DNA of 64,000 nucleotides from IMG/VR virus record IMGVR_UViG_3300050122_000263, positions 1 to 64,000 of that record; one strand, 5' to 3'. Shown piece by piece: positions 1 to 9,311 of this stretch (position 1 is its first letter; each line of letters starts with the position of its first letter). The notes under the pieces were generated by a model. It saw only the letters and a program-made list of their open reading frames with translations, ran no database searches and was not told where the DNA came from. The position numbers and the translations under genes were made by a program.

Positions 1-471
1 ATGCGACGAGTTACCCTGTTACGAGGCACTCAATGGTCTGAGCTGAGAGCTATCGGTATGGCCTATGGCGCTATTTCCATCATGCCCATCAGCAAAGCCA
101 AGGATATTAAAATTGGCACAAGTCAGAATATCTGCCGTTCTGCCGTTGATTGGGTTGATATCGATACAGACACATTGAGATTAATTGTAGCTACCCCATC
201 TCTGCCTAGAGATAAGGAGACTCATGATCAGTACATCACTAGAGCATTACGCTACCGTAGCAGTCATGCCAGCTACAGAACCAGCATGAACTTTGTAGTA
301 TTGGTGCGCTCAGATCGACGCCCGCCAGACCCCAACTATATTGCTGCTTTCTCAGGACACCGAGTGCTGGAGTTTAATGATCAGGCTTTTATCCATGGTT
401 TCAGAGAGATCTGTGGCTGGTACCAAGCAGATCCCAAGGATTATCTCCACGTCTTCCGAGCCCATTACTGA
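1..471 (+). CDS. Hypothetical protein (may be N-terminally truncated at window edge)
   Basis: 156-aa ORF starting at base 1; no motif recognised. Confidence 0.55.
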   Translation: MRRVTLLRGTQWSELRAIGMAYGAISIMPISKAKDIKIGTSQNICRSAVDWVDIDTDTLRLIVATPSLPRDKETHDQYITRALRYRSSHASYRTSMNFVVLVRSDRRPPDPNYIAAFSGHRVLEFNDQAFIHGFREICGWYQADPKDYLHVFRAHY

Positions 472-568
472 GCCAAAAACTATAACAAATCTACACAGCA
501 CTCAGGATTCAGATTTTCTGAAAAAATCGAACAAAAGAGAAAGTAGATCCCAGTCAGAGCGTGCCAAT

Positions 569-1222
569 ATGAGTACGATCTGGTTCATAGTTGCCCTGAT
601 AATTGCGGTCATTGCTCTACTTATAGCAGCAATCTTCGCAGTCCGAGTAGCTTCAGGCCTTGGATCACATGGCTTATCTAACGATTTCTTGCAGAGAGCG
701 CATTCATATATGACGGTGGCTTCAGTCATCGCTTGGTTTTCGGTTGCTATTCTCATTGTGGTTGCTGTCATGGCTATCTTTATCTCAGTGCGTGAAAGCA
801 ACGCAAAAGGAGCTAATGCTGCCTCACCTGGGGCTGTAGATCACACCTTCTCCATCATTGCTGTGGTGCTGGGTTTCACCTCGATCGTGACCTTTGCTAT
901 CGGTATCCTGGGAGCACTCTCTGCTTCAGAAATCAGCAAGTCAGGTCTGCGTAATAACCTGCAGGTTAAACGGGCTTACAATGATTCCATCGCCGTTGCC
1001 GTCTCCGGCATTGTTGGTGTTGTTCTTATTGTTATTGGTCTGCTTGTCTTCTACGCAGCTGAACACAAATATCGCCGCGACCAGCTGGACAAGCAGGCTG
1101 CCAAAGAGGGAACCAAAGGTGCCACTGAGCTGACCCAGATCACTACCGCTAAGAGCCCAACCGGCACCACAAACGTGACTGTTAGACGGGCTGCCGTGGC
1201 TCCAGCAGCCAATGCATTGTAA
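569..1222 (+). CDS. Four-pass membrane protein with polar C-terminal tail
   Basis: Four hydrophobic segments (IWFIVALIIAVIALLIAAIF; VASVIAWFSVAILIVVAVMAIFI; IIAVVLGFTSIVTFAIGILGAL; IAVAVSGIVGVVLIVIGLLVFY); ATG at 569 preferred over the TTG at 341, which overlaps the upstream gene. Confidence 0.75.
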   Translation: MSTIWFIVALIIAVIALLIAAIFAVRVASGLGSHGLSNDFLQRAHSYMTVASVIAWFSVAILIVVAVMAIFISVRESNAKGANAASPGAVDHTFSIIAVVLGFTSIVTFAIGILGALSASEISKSGLRNNLQVKRAYNDSIAVAVSGIVGVVLIVIGLLVFYAAEHKYRRDQLDKQAAKEGTKGATELTQITTAKSPTGTTNVTVRRAAVAPAANAL

Positions 1223-1236
1223 AAATAAAATCCCAG

Positions 1237-1263
1237 AACATCTATTAAAAGCAAATAGATGTT
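1237..1263 (+). terminator. 3' hairpin (10-bp stem, 7-nt loop)
   Basis: AACATCTATT-N7-AATAGATGTT, 14 nt after the stop at 1222. Confidence 0.6.
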
Positions 1264-1301
1264 GTTAAAACAAAATACAAGAATCTCAAGCTTAAACCGA
1301 G

Positions 1302-1871
1302 ATGCAAGAACCTGAAACACAAGAAGTCAAAACGCAAGAACCTAAGGCCGAGTCTCATTTCATTGTGTATAACACAGATGGAACCAGTTCGGCTGAGCTC
1401 GATGCTTTGATTGAGCAAGAACCGGATCCTGAGCGCCAGAAATCTCTGGCCTTTTTGACACAGGGTCGTTGCTATGTCGATTTCTCCTTCGGCGAAAAAG
1501 ACTGTGTTATCAAATCTTCCAAACCAGCAGACTGGGAAATCAAAGGCAGCAAGTTCTGTCATAATGTGCAGGCACTGCAGCAGGGTATCGAGAAAATGAA
1601 GAGTGAGATTCCTCGTCTCACCGCAGAGCAGGAGGCTAAGATCCGCGTTGGCCCGACAGGTTACATTCATCATTTTCCAACCTCTGAGACACAGCATTGG
1701 GTCTGGGGAGTTGATCAACTGGGCCGGGTATGTGCTCAACTTGGTGAGCAGTTTCTGTTCCAGCGCTATCAGGCTGGCAATATGCTCTACATCAAAGACA
1801 CCACTGGTTGGGCAGTAGTAGAGGCGGAGCAGTTAGAGCTGCTAATCCAGCAGTACTCAGGCCGAGTCTAA
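1302..1871 (+). CDS. Hypothetical protein
   Basis: 189-aa ATG ORF immediately followed by a hairpin. Confidence 0.7.
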   Translation: MQEPETQEVKTQEPKAESHFIVYNTDGTSSAELDALIEQEPDPERQKSLAFLTQGRCYVDFSFGEKDCVIKSSKPADWEIKGSKFCHNVQALQQGIEKMKSEIPRLTAEQEAKIRVGPTGYIHHFPTSETQHWVWGVDQLGRVCAQLGEQFLFQRYQAGNMLYIKDTTGWAVVEAEQLELLIQQYSGRV

Positions 1872-1895
1872 AAAATCTCTACTCCTAGAGATTTT
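1872..1895. terminator. 3' hairpin between convergent genes
   Basis: AAAATCTCTA-CTCC-TAGAGATTTT. Confidence 0.7.
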
Positions 1896-1906
1896 GCTTG
1901 AATTTT

Positions 1907-2209
1907 TTATTCTCCAGAACTCGCCTTCGACATTGGAGTCTCTAACGTTGGATCATCCACTGTGTTTGGCACTACATGAAGTGTGGCACCTTGTGCTTCA
2001 GCAACATCAATATACATCTTATGTGCTCCATCTTCGCTCAACATATAAAGCTTGCCCGCTTCATCTGTCATAACAGGTGGAAGCACATAACTTCGCATCA
2101 TGGCAGGATAGAAGCAAGCCGGATCCGTGATTATTATGTGACAAGCAAATTCCTGACCGTCCTCTTGCATGGGTGAAGTTTCAAATTGAAATGGTTCATG
2201 CTCTTGCAT
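1907..2209 (-). CDS. Small acidic hypothetical protein
   Basis: 100-aa ATG ORF converging on the 1872 hairpin. Confidence 0.6.
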   Translation of the reverse strand: MQEHEPFQFETSPMQEDGQEFACHIIITDPACFYPAMMRSYVLPPVMTDEAGKLYMLSEDGAHKMYIDVAEAQGATLHVVPNTVDDPTLETPMSKASSGE

Positions 2210-2371
2210 GGCTGTTTATCCCATTAAATTAACACAGACATAATAATCATTTCACACTTTAAGCTGACTGCACACAATAGTTAACACAGCAATTCGTCAC
2301 CAATATGTCTACAAGCGAGTTGAATAAAATAAAGTTAAAAGCGAGAAAAAGCGCTAGTTGTGGTAAAGGAT

Positions 2372-3682
2372 ATGAAAGGATCGGATAAAAGTCGTGTAAT
2401 TAGTGAGGAGACTCTGCTCGGTTCGATCGGTGTTGATTTTCGTCTTCAAGAACGCCTAGGTGGTGGTGCCTTTGGTGATGTATTTCGCTGTACAGATGAG
2501 AACAACAATGAGTTGGCAGCTAAGATCTGCGAGACTGATGAGGAAGGTATTCCAAACATCTTGGAGGCAAGCATCATGACAACTATTTATCATCCCAATC
2601 TCAACCGTGCAGTTCAGGTCTACTCGGTGCCCGGTAAACTCTATATTATTCAGGATTTGGCTCGGTGTGATCTATCTCGTCATGTTCGCAAGCTAGGACA
2701 CAGGCCTCATGTAGAGCAACTCAAAGATTGGCTCTATTCAATAAGTCATGCTCTACTCTGCCTGCATAAACAAAACATTATTCATGCTGATGTCAAAGCC
2801 AGTAATGTGCTACTCTATGCTGATGGCTCTATCCGTTTGTCTGATTACACCCTCTCTGTCAAGAAGTGGTTTGATAATGAGTGTTTCACGAGTGTGGTCT
2901 GTACATCTACTCACCGACCCTTAGAGGTTTTTATGCGCTCACACTGGGCTGAACCGGTCGATATCTGGTCGCTAGGTTGTACATTCTTTGAGTTGGCTTA
3001 TGGCGATCTACTCTTCCCCTATCAGGGCCATCTAGAGCCAGTACCTTATAGTAAGATTGTTAACACGAAGGAGAAGCGGGATGCCCGGCATCGTATCGCC
3101 GGTAGATCCATCAATTGTCTGCTAGACTGGGCTTTACGTGGACCTAATACACCGGAGACAGTGGAAACATTAGCTCAATTCACTGGTTCTCCCACCATTA
3201 GCTACAATGATGTGGAATATCTCCCCTTCAAGCTGCCAGTCGACTTCAATCGACCAGAATACAAAGATTTGAATCGACTCATTCTACAGATGTTGCAGAC
3301 AGATCCCTGGAAACGCCCTGATATCTCTCAGATTGTGAATGATCCGTTCTTCGCCGGTATGCAGCCTCCCAACAGGTATTATGTAATAACAACACCTCCT
3401 GTCAGAATTCCAACTCGGGAACGGGATCGCATTGACCGCTACATCAACCGCTACACTGATAACACACTAGTCAAGAGACTGGCCCTAGAACTGTATGCCC
3501 GTTCACTTAAGCTGAATCTCAATGAACACACCAAGATAGCTGCTGCTATTTGGGTTGCCAGCAAACTGATATTGAGTAATGTGCCGAAATCGATTAAGCT
3601 GCCTGCACATCAAATCCTAATGGCTGAGCGAGGCCTGTGTCACTCGCTCTTCTTTCGCCTACATTCTCTGTCAGATAAGTAA
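2372..3682 (+). CDS. CDK-like Ser/Thr protein kinase with C-terminal cyclin-box-like domain
   Basis: GGGAFGDVF, AAKI, EGIPNILEASIM (PSTAIRE-position helix), HADVKASNVLL, VDIWSLGCTF; C-terminus AAAIWVASKL...ILMAERGLCHSLFFRL resembles a cyclin box. Confidence 0.88.
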   Translation: MKGSDKSRVISEETLLGSIGVDFRLQERLGGGAFGDVFRCTDENNNELAAKICETDEEGIPNILEASIMTTIYHPNLNRAVQVYSVPGKLYIIQDLARCDLSRHVRKLGHRPHVEQLKDWLYSISHALLCLHKQNIIHADVKASNVLLYADGSIRLSDYTLSVKKWFDNECFTSVVCTSTHRPLEVFMRSHWAEPVDIWSLGCTFFELAYGDLLFPYQGHLEPVPYSKIVNTKEKRDARHRIAGRSINCLLDWALRGPNTPETVETLAQFTGSPTISYNDVEYLPFKLPVDFNRPEYKDLNRLILQMLQTDPWKRPDISQIVNDPFFAGMQPPNRYYVITTPPVRIPTRERDRIDRYINRYTDNTLVKRLALELYARSLKLNLNEHTKIAAAIWVASKLILSNVPKSIKLPAHQILMAERGLCHSLFFRLHSLSDK

Positions 3683-3769
3683 CACAATAAGTAATATATT
3701 CCCAACACCATCACAAACATTTATTCACAAACATCAATGTTATATCAGAAAATAAATCAATAACAATAA

Positions 3770-5668
3770 ATGGAAGAGCCTGAGCAGATACAAGTGGAAT
3801 GCTCATCTTCACCAGCTACTCAGCTAGCTGACCATGACCATCCAAACAACCCAGATCTTGATTTAGCTATCGAGCTGCTCGATCCATTCACTCAGTCTAA
3901 GTTTGTCAACAAGTTACCTGATGTCTTCAAGAACCTGGCCAGGGCTGATTGCACTAAATCGGGAAAACTCTACACAATTGGTATGTTTCAGATCAAACGT
4001 TGGCTAGGCCTGATTGATCCAGATCTTGGCACACTGCTTGCAACCAAGCTTTGGGGCTTTGGTAATGATAAATGTACGGCTTCCTTCCCTGGGCCCACAT
4101 TTGTTGTTAAGCCCGGCAAATCTATCTATGTCCGTTGGGAGAACAAATTGCTTGATAAGTGTGGTCGGCCCCTTCTTCCTTTTCTACCAGTGGATACAAC
4201 AATTCACTGGGCTGACCCAAAGGACTGGCCTTTCTCAGGCATGCCAACAGTTGTCCATCTACATGGAGGTAAGACAGAGCCGGAGTCAGATGGGTACCCA
4301 GAGGCTTGGTTCACCCCCGATTTCAAGCAAGTCGGACCAGACTGGGTTAAGAAGACCTATCATTATGGAAACAAACAGGAACCATATACAACTTTCTACC
4401 ATGATCATGCGCTCGGAGTTACTCGTCTTAATGTGTATGCTGGTCTGGCTGGATTCTATCTCCTTGTTGACAGAGAATTAGAGAAGAAGATTGGATTACC
4501 TGCGCCTGAGTATGATGTGCCCATGTTGATCGATGACCGATCATTTCTCCGTAATGGCAATCTCTACTATTCTCCCTTTGCTGATGGGCCGCCTGTGCCA
4601 CCTATTAATCCTCCATTTCCAAGTGTGAGGACTCATTTCTCAGGTGAGTTTATATTGGTTAACGGCATGACTTGGCCCGTTCTCGAAGTTGAGCCTAGGA
4701 AATATCGTTTCCGCTGGCTTATCGCCTCAAATACAAGAACTTACAATCTGGCCCTTTCCAATGGACAATCATTTTATGTAATCGCTAGTGATCAGGGATT
4801 TCTTAATTTTCCTGTTAAGGTTACTAGTGTATTAATGCAACCAGCAGAGCGTTTCGAAGTTATCATTGACTTTAGAGGAAGGGAGGGTCAGAAGATCATC
4901 TTAACGAACGGCTCCAACGATCCTTATCCTAACGGTAAGCCAGTGACGGAGAATACAAATAAAGTCATGCTCTTTTCCGTCAGTAAGCCGTTAAATAAGC
5001 TGATCCCAGACAAACCCCTTCCAAAATATCTGAGAGAATGTTTGGGTCCGATCGAGCGAATTCTACCCAAGAAATTCTGTGTCCGTCAGCTTGTACTAGG
5101 CATCGGGGAAGATGAATATGGGCGAGCCGAGCCCCTACTTGGCACGGTTAAGGACGGTTTGCTGAAATGGCATGATCCTATCACAGAGAAGCCCCGTGCT
5201 GGCACCTATGAAGTCTGGGAGTTCTACAATGAAACAAATGGAGCTCACCCAATACATCTCCATCTTGTTCACTTCCTTATATTGGATCAAGCTACTTTCA
5301 CTGCAAAAGTAGCACCTAATGGGTCTCTTACTGATATTGTGGTTGGGACACCTACTCCACCTGCTCGTGTAGAGCAGGGGCGAAAGGACATGGTTCGAGT
5401 GGATAGTAATCTTGTTGTTCGCATACTCGTTTTCTTCCCTAATGCAGGCCTTTACGTATGGCACTGCCATATCAGCGAACATGAAGATCATGACATGATG
5501 AGGCCCATGCTTATCTTGGACAAGAATGGAAACGAGCCTCCATCCAAAGATCATCCAACTCATCCTATGGATCCTATGAAAGGTGAGAAGAAGCAGAAGT
5601 CATCCAAACATAAGCCTAAGAGTGGGAAAACTTCAAAACATCATGTGAAGAGCAAGGAGCGACATTAA
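3770..5668 (+). CDS. Multicopper oxidase, CotA/bilirubin-oxidase type
   Basis: All four Cu-binding motifs: VHLHG, FYHDH, HPIHLH, WHCHISEHEDHDMM; also TRLNVYAGLAGFY and VEPRKYRFR; Lys/His-rich C-terminal tail. Confidence 0.95.
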   Translation: MEEPEQIQVECSSSPATQLADHDHPNNPDLDLAIELLDPFTQSKFVNKLPDVFKNLARADCTKSGKLYTIGMFQIKRWLGLIDPDLGTLLATKLWGFGNDKCTASFPGPTFVVKPGKSIYVRWENKLLDKCGRPLLPFLPVDTTIHWADPKDWPFSGMPTVVHLHGGKTEPESDGYPEAWFTPDFKQVGPDWVKKTYHYGNKQEPYTTFYHDHALGVTRLNVYAGLAGFYLLVDRELEKKIGLPAPEYDVPMLIDDRSFLRNGNLYYSPFADGPPVPPINPPFPSVRTHFSGEFILVNGMTWPVLEVEPRKYRFRWLIASNTRTYNLALSNGQSFYVIASDQGFLNFPVKVTSVLMQPAERFEVIIDFRGREGQKIILTNGSNDPYPNGKPVTENTNKVMLFSVSKPLNKLIPDKPLPKYLRECLGPIERILPKKFCVRQLVLGIGEDEYGRAEPLLGTVKDGLLKWHDPITEKPRAGTYEVWEFYNETNGAHPIHLHLVHFLILDQATFTAKVAPNGSLTDIVVGTPTPPARVEQGRKDMVRVDSNLVVRILVFFPNAGLYVWHCHISEHEDHDMMRPMLILDKNGNEPPSKDHPTHPMDPMKGEKKQKSSKHKPKSGKTSKHHVKSKERH

Positions 5669-5733
5669 TTTGCCTATAAAATTCTCATTCTCAACAACCT
5701 CATCTCTAAAGGCATCTCTATAACAGAATAAAG

Positions 5734-7224
5734 ATGCGTCCAAACAATCTTCTCATTTCCCTAGTAATTATCGCCCTATTCGCTCTCGGTATATATTTCT
5801 TCTTACGTAACAAACAGGCCCAACTACGAGCGACTAACTTGGAGCCAGCTCAACCAATCTTTGCTCAACAGTTCGCTGATGATGTCACCGGCCTCAATCT
5901 AGATTATGTAGCTGGTATCTTCTATCCAGACAATATAGAACAGATTAAGGCTCTTGTTAAACAAGCCAAGAGGGAGGGTAAAACAATAACTGCCCGTGGC
6001 CAACAGCATACTATGGGAGGTCACTGTATCGGTCATGCCGGTTATATTCTTGATATGAAGCACATGAATCGGATAATACACATCAGTGATACCGTGCTGG
6101 TAGAGACAGGAGCCAGCTGGACTGATCTGATCAGAGCACTTAACGTGCATGGCCTCTCGGTCGAGACTATGCAAAGCTACAGCAGCTTCTCGATCGGCGG
6201 TTCTATCTCTGTCAACGCTCACGGCATCACTAATGACAAAGCTCTAATAGCCTCTGTTTTAGACCTAATCTATGTGGATGCCCAGGGTGAAGTAAGAGCT
6301 TGTTCCCGAGAACAGAATAGAGAGATATTCCAGGCTATGATAGGAGGTTATGGCTTACTTGGGATTATTGTACAAGTCAGATTACAGGTTGCTCAGAACA
6401 CCCAGTTGAATAGCAGAGTTGAGAAGCTGCATTACTCCCAGTTTCAAGTTAGGTATCAGCGTAATGATCACAATAGTAATGATATCAGATTAGCTCGTTT
6501 CAATCTGCTGAATCCAGCCCAACTTACCCTCTATTCTTTTAGTCCGATAGGCGAACGTGTAAGTTCAACTCTGCCAGCACAAGCGCGTGAGCTCTCTAAA
6601 CTATCTCGCTTGTTGTATAAGTGGGTCTTCCCCACCAAATCAGGGCAGAAGCTACAAGGCAAGTTTAGCTCCAGTGATGTGCCTAGAAATGTGTCTCGCA
6701 ATGAACTGCTCTATGAATCAGCCATTACAGTAAGTCAGCTCTATAACCCATTGATTGATAGACAGCAGACTCATATTCTACAGGAGTTTTTTATTCCCGT
6801 TACCAACTTCGAAGCTTGGATGAAGTTCCTTATCACCTTTATTCCGACAGTGGCGCCTGGGGCTTGGAGCAAACTACTTACACTACTCAATATCACATTA
6901 CGTTTTGTACAGGCCGATCGGGAGTCGCTGCTATCATATGCTAAGGAAGATGTCTATGCCTTTGTCTTCTATTACCGTGTGGCTAAACTAGGTGGTGATG
7001 CTGCTTTACAGATCATAAATCAAACACTACTGGAGAAGACCATAGAGCTGGGAGGAAGCTTCTATCTTCCCTATCGTCAACACTACAGCAGAAAGGAGAT
7101 AGAACATTGTTATCCAAACTTCAAGAAATTCATTCAACTCAAGAAGCGAGTAGATCCTGAAGGACTATTCACGAATAACTGGTGGCGTCGTTATACTTCA
7201 AGTGTGGGTAGTTATGATAGATAA
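5734..7224 (+). CDS. Membrane-anchored FAD-linked oxidase (PCMH FAD-binding / aldonolactone-oxidase-like)
   Basis: N-terminal TM helix; ARGQQHTMGGH, SIGGSISVNAHG, IGGYGLLGII, QEFFIP, C-terminal GGSFYLPY...KKRVDPEGLFTN. Confidence 0.9.
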   Translation: MRPNNLLISLVIIALFALGIYFFLRNKQAQLRATNLEPAQPIFAQQFADDVTGLNLDYVAGIFYPDNIEQIKALVKQAKREGKTITARGQQHTMGGHCIGHAGYILDMKHMNRIIHISDTVLVETGASWTDLIRALNVHGLSVETMQSYSSFSIGGSISVNAHGITNDKALIASVLDLIYVDAQGEVRACSREQNREIFQAMIGGYGLLGIIVQVRLQVAQNTQLNSRVEKLHYSQFQVRYQRNDHNSNDIRLARFNLLNPAQLTLYSFSPIGERVSSTLPAQARELSKLSRLLYKWVFPTKSGQKLQGKFSSSDVPRNVSRNELLYESAITVSQLYNPLIDRQQTHILQEFFIPVTNFEAWMKFLITFIPTVAPGAWSKLLTLLNITLRFVQADRESLLSYAKEDVYAFVFYYRVAKLGGDAALQIINQTLLEKTIELGGSFYLPYRQHYSRKEIEHCYPNFKKFIQLKKRVDPEGLFTNNWWRRYTSSVGSYDR

Positions 7225-7228
7225 TAGA

Positions 7229-7250
7229 AATATATACCTGTGTATATATT
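7229..7250. terminator. 3' hairpin between convergent genes
   Basis: AATATATAC-CTGT-GTATATATT. Confidence 0.65.
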
Positions 7251-7267
7251 GTTTTTAATTTCATTAA

Positions 7268-7627
7268 CTACTGAGGGCAAGAAGAGTCATAGACCAGTTG
7301 TTCAATGCGGTTCCAGCCAGTGAAGATTTCCACCGTTCTGATCTCAGGGATGCTGGAAATCAGCGCGATAATATCTGCGAATGTACAGGCATCTTTACAG
7401 ACTTCTATCTCTCCTTCCGTGTTGTGCGACCAGTATCCATAGACTCCATCTGCATATCGATCAATCTGAACCAAACAAGCGCCCTTATTGAGTGCCACGA
7501 ATGGTGGGGAGTTCTCATCCAGTTTGGACAGATCCAGTTGAGCTAAACAGCTTATAGCAAATCTACGGCCCACGTCCATGTTTGTTAATGGATAATCCGT
7601 TTTATCACGATTCAGTTCTGGCCGCAT
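7268..7627 (-). CDS. Hypothetical protein
   Basis: ORF from ATG at 7627 (MRPELNRD...). Confidence 0.55.
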   Translation of the reverse strand: MRPELNRDKTDYPLTNMDVGRRFAISCLAQLDLSKLDENSPPFVALNKGACLVQIDRYADGVYGYWSHNTEGEIEVCKDACTFADIIALISSIPEIRTVEIFTGWNRIEQLVYDSSCPQ

Positions 7628-7751
7628 CAACGCCAATTGCTTGGCTTGCGCCTTTTCTTCATGCTTCAGGCAGCAAAATGATGGCGATAGGCAGATTCTG
7701 TCACAACTGGAAAAAGTGAAAGATTCGATATTAATTACTCAAGATGGTAAA

Positions 7752-7961
7752 ATGAACGACATTGACAACCCAGATGAACTAGAGGACGAGACAGAAGATA
7801 TTGATCACAATTTCAAACACTTTCCGACTGAAGACTTGGGAGGCAGAGTTTGTGTAGTCAAAGTTGATGATCTTTCAAATCCACCAAGCTTGCCCAAAAC
7901 CGAGAAGTTCTGCAAGAAACACAAAATAACGATCGTCTATCGAAAGAAGGTTGATACTTGA
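7752..7961 (+). CDS. Small protein with acidic N-terminus and basic C-terminus
   Basis: ATG in AAAATG context at 7752; 69 aa. Confidence 0.5.
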   Translation: MNDIDNPDELEDETEDIDHNFKHFPTEDLGGRVCVVKVDDLSNPPSLPKTEKFCKKHKITIVYRKKVDT

Positions 7962-7996
7962 GTTATAAAAGCCCAACACAGAGTGTAAAGAGAGTT

Positions 7997-8389
7997 ATGC
8001 AAGGACTGGCAGAATGTTTACAGCGCTATGGACTGTGTGCTCCTCCTAGAGATTTGGTACAACGGCTGATGGCATGGCTACAGAAGCATCAGTATGATCT
8101 AAGGCAGAGTACTTATATGAAACCCAGTGAACCGGGAGATTTTGTCATAACCCCAGAGGATTGGCGCTGGAAATATAGGGATGTGGCTGTCTCACTCCTC
8201 TTCCATAAAAACACAGCTGCAAGCAAATGCTTCTGTATTGAGATTGATCGATTTGGTGATCTCCATGTTTGCCCTGTCTCCAAGGAGCACACAGGGATTA
8301 TAGGCGAATACAGTGGACGTCGCAAAGCAGGTAATTTAGTCCTGCCTACTGTGTCTGAGCATTTGATAAGAGCTCTTGACACAATCTGA
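7997..8389 (+). CDS. Hypothetical protein
   Basis: ORF from ATG at 7997 (MQGLAECL...). Confidence 0.6.
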   Translation: MQGLAECLQRYGLCAPPRDLVQRLMAWLQKHQYDLRQSTYMKPSEPGDFVITPEDWRWKYRDVAVSLLFHKNTAASKCFCIEIDRFGDLHVCPVSKEHTGIIGEYSGRRKAGNLVLPTVSEHLIRALDTI

Positions 8390-8395
8390 CTGTTT

Positions 8396-9190
8396 TTAAT
8401 AAGTATCTCGGCCAGCCTCCCAATCTACAATGTTGCCCATAATCTGGTTCTCAATTAGAGGAGCTCGTTGTAATACAAGCCCTAGAGCTTCCGGCTCAAG
8501 TTCCTGGGCTAGAACAAGCAGTAATTCATAACAGGTGATTTCTCTAACTTTCCAGTTTCGCTTCGCATAAGAGTAGTGATAATAGGGCTTGTATTGCATC
8601 TCTGGATAATGCAAAGCAGCCAGCTTCTGATACTCTTCACTGAAGGGGCACATATCTTGATTGTCCTTGTGAGCTCTGGCCCTAAAACCAATCGGTCCAA
8701 TAGAATCGAGCCAACAATGGAGATTCTCACTACCAAGCGATCCAGCAGCATCATGTAAGATGATGACAGCTTTGGGTTTCAGTCGTTTAATGCTGTATAG
8801 ATCGGTGGCACATTCTTCGGGATATTCTTTGTTGATGGCAAAATTCTCCGGCGAGGGGAGCAATAAGATACAGTTATCAACCAGCTTGGGTCGTCTACGT
8901 ATCATCTGATCTACGGTTTGGTAGTCAGAGGCTGGGAGACTGCAGTTAGTTCGATCCTTACTTCTATCAATCTGTTCAACAGTGATGATTTTTCTGTTGA
9001 GTTGTTCCCTCAGCAATGACTCCAAAAAGCCATCTCCTGAACCCACTGAAATAATTGCTTTCTTTGGATAAAGTTTGATTGCTTTTGTCAGATACTTAAC
9101 GATCTCAGAGATGGGAATATGAAACCACGTCAAACTAGCCACTAGCTGAGCCCGTTCAGACGAATGTACTTGCGTGGGAGAACCCTCCAT
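8396..9190 (-). CDS. Putative class I SAM-dependent methyltransferase-fold protein
   Basis: IISVGSGDGFLE resembles motif I, followed by IITVE (motif II position); substrate unknown. Confidence 0.5.
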   Translation of the reverse strand: MEGSPTQVHSSERAQLVASLTWFHIPISEIVKYLTKAIKLYPKKAIISVGSGDGFLESLLREQLNRKIITVEQIDRSKDRTNCSLPASDYQTVDQMIRRRPKLVDNCILLLPSPENFAINKEYPEECATDLYSIKRLKPKAVIILHDAAGSLGSENLHCWLDSIGPIGFRARAHKDNQDMCPFSEEYQKLAALHYPEMQYKPYYHYSYAKRNWKVREITCYELLLVLAQELEPEALGLVLQRAPLIENQIMGNIVDWEAGRDTY

Positions 9191-9276
9191 TTACCCGACA
9201 GTAGACTGAGAGAAAAGAGTTTAATCTAAGACTCGTTCTCACTCAGTCTCTTCATTCTTATGAGGAAACATATAGG

Positions 9277-9298
9277 AAAATGTATCGTAATACATTTT
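9277..9298 (-). terminator. 3' hairpin of XRN gene
   Basis: AAAATGTAT-CGTA-ATACATTTT, 13 nt past the stop at 9312. Confidence 0.65.
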
Positions 9299-9311
9299 TT
9301 ACATTCTCAGC

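Noticed and set aside
341-568. N-terminal extension of the membrane protein from TTG at 341
   Set aside because: Overlaps the upstream gene; ATG 569 directly precedes the first TM helix.
1051-1739. Minus-strand ORFs 1051..1320 and 1245..1739
   Set aside because: Antisense to better-supported plus-strand genes that have their own 3' hairpins.
3770-7224. Interpreting the oxidase genes as bacterial contamination or a bacterial operon
   Set aside because: No Shine-Dalgarno sites seen; the starts have the same AAATG/AAGATG context and the pair ends at the same type of hairpin as neighbouring viral genes. Read-level confirmation is still advisable.
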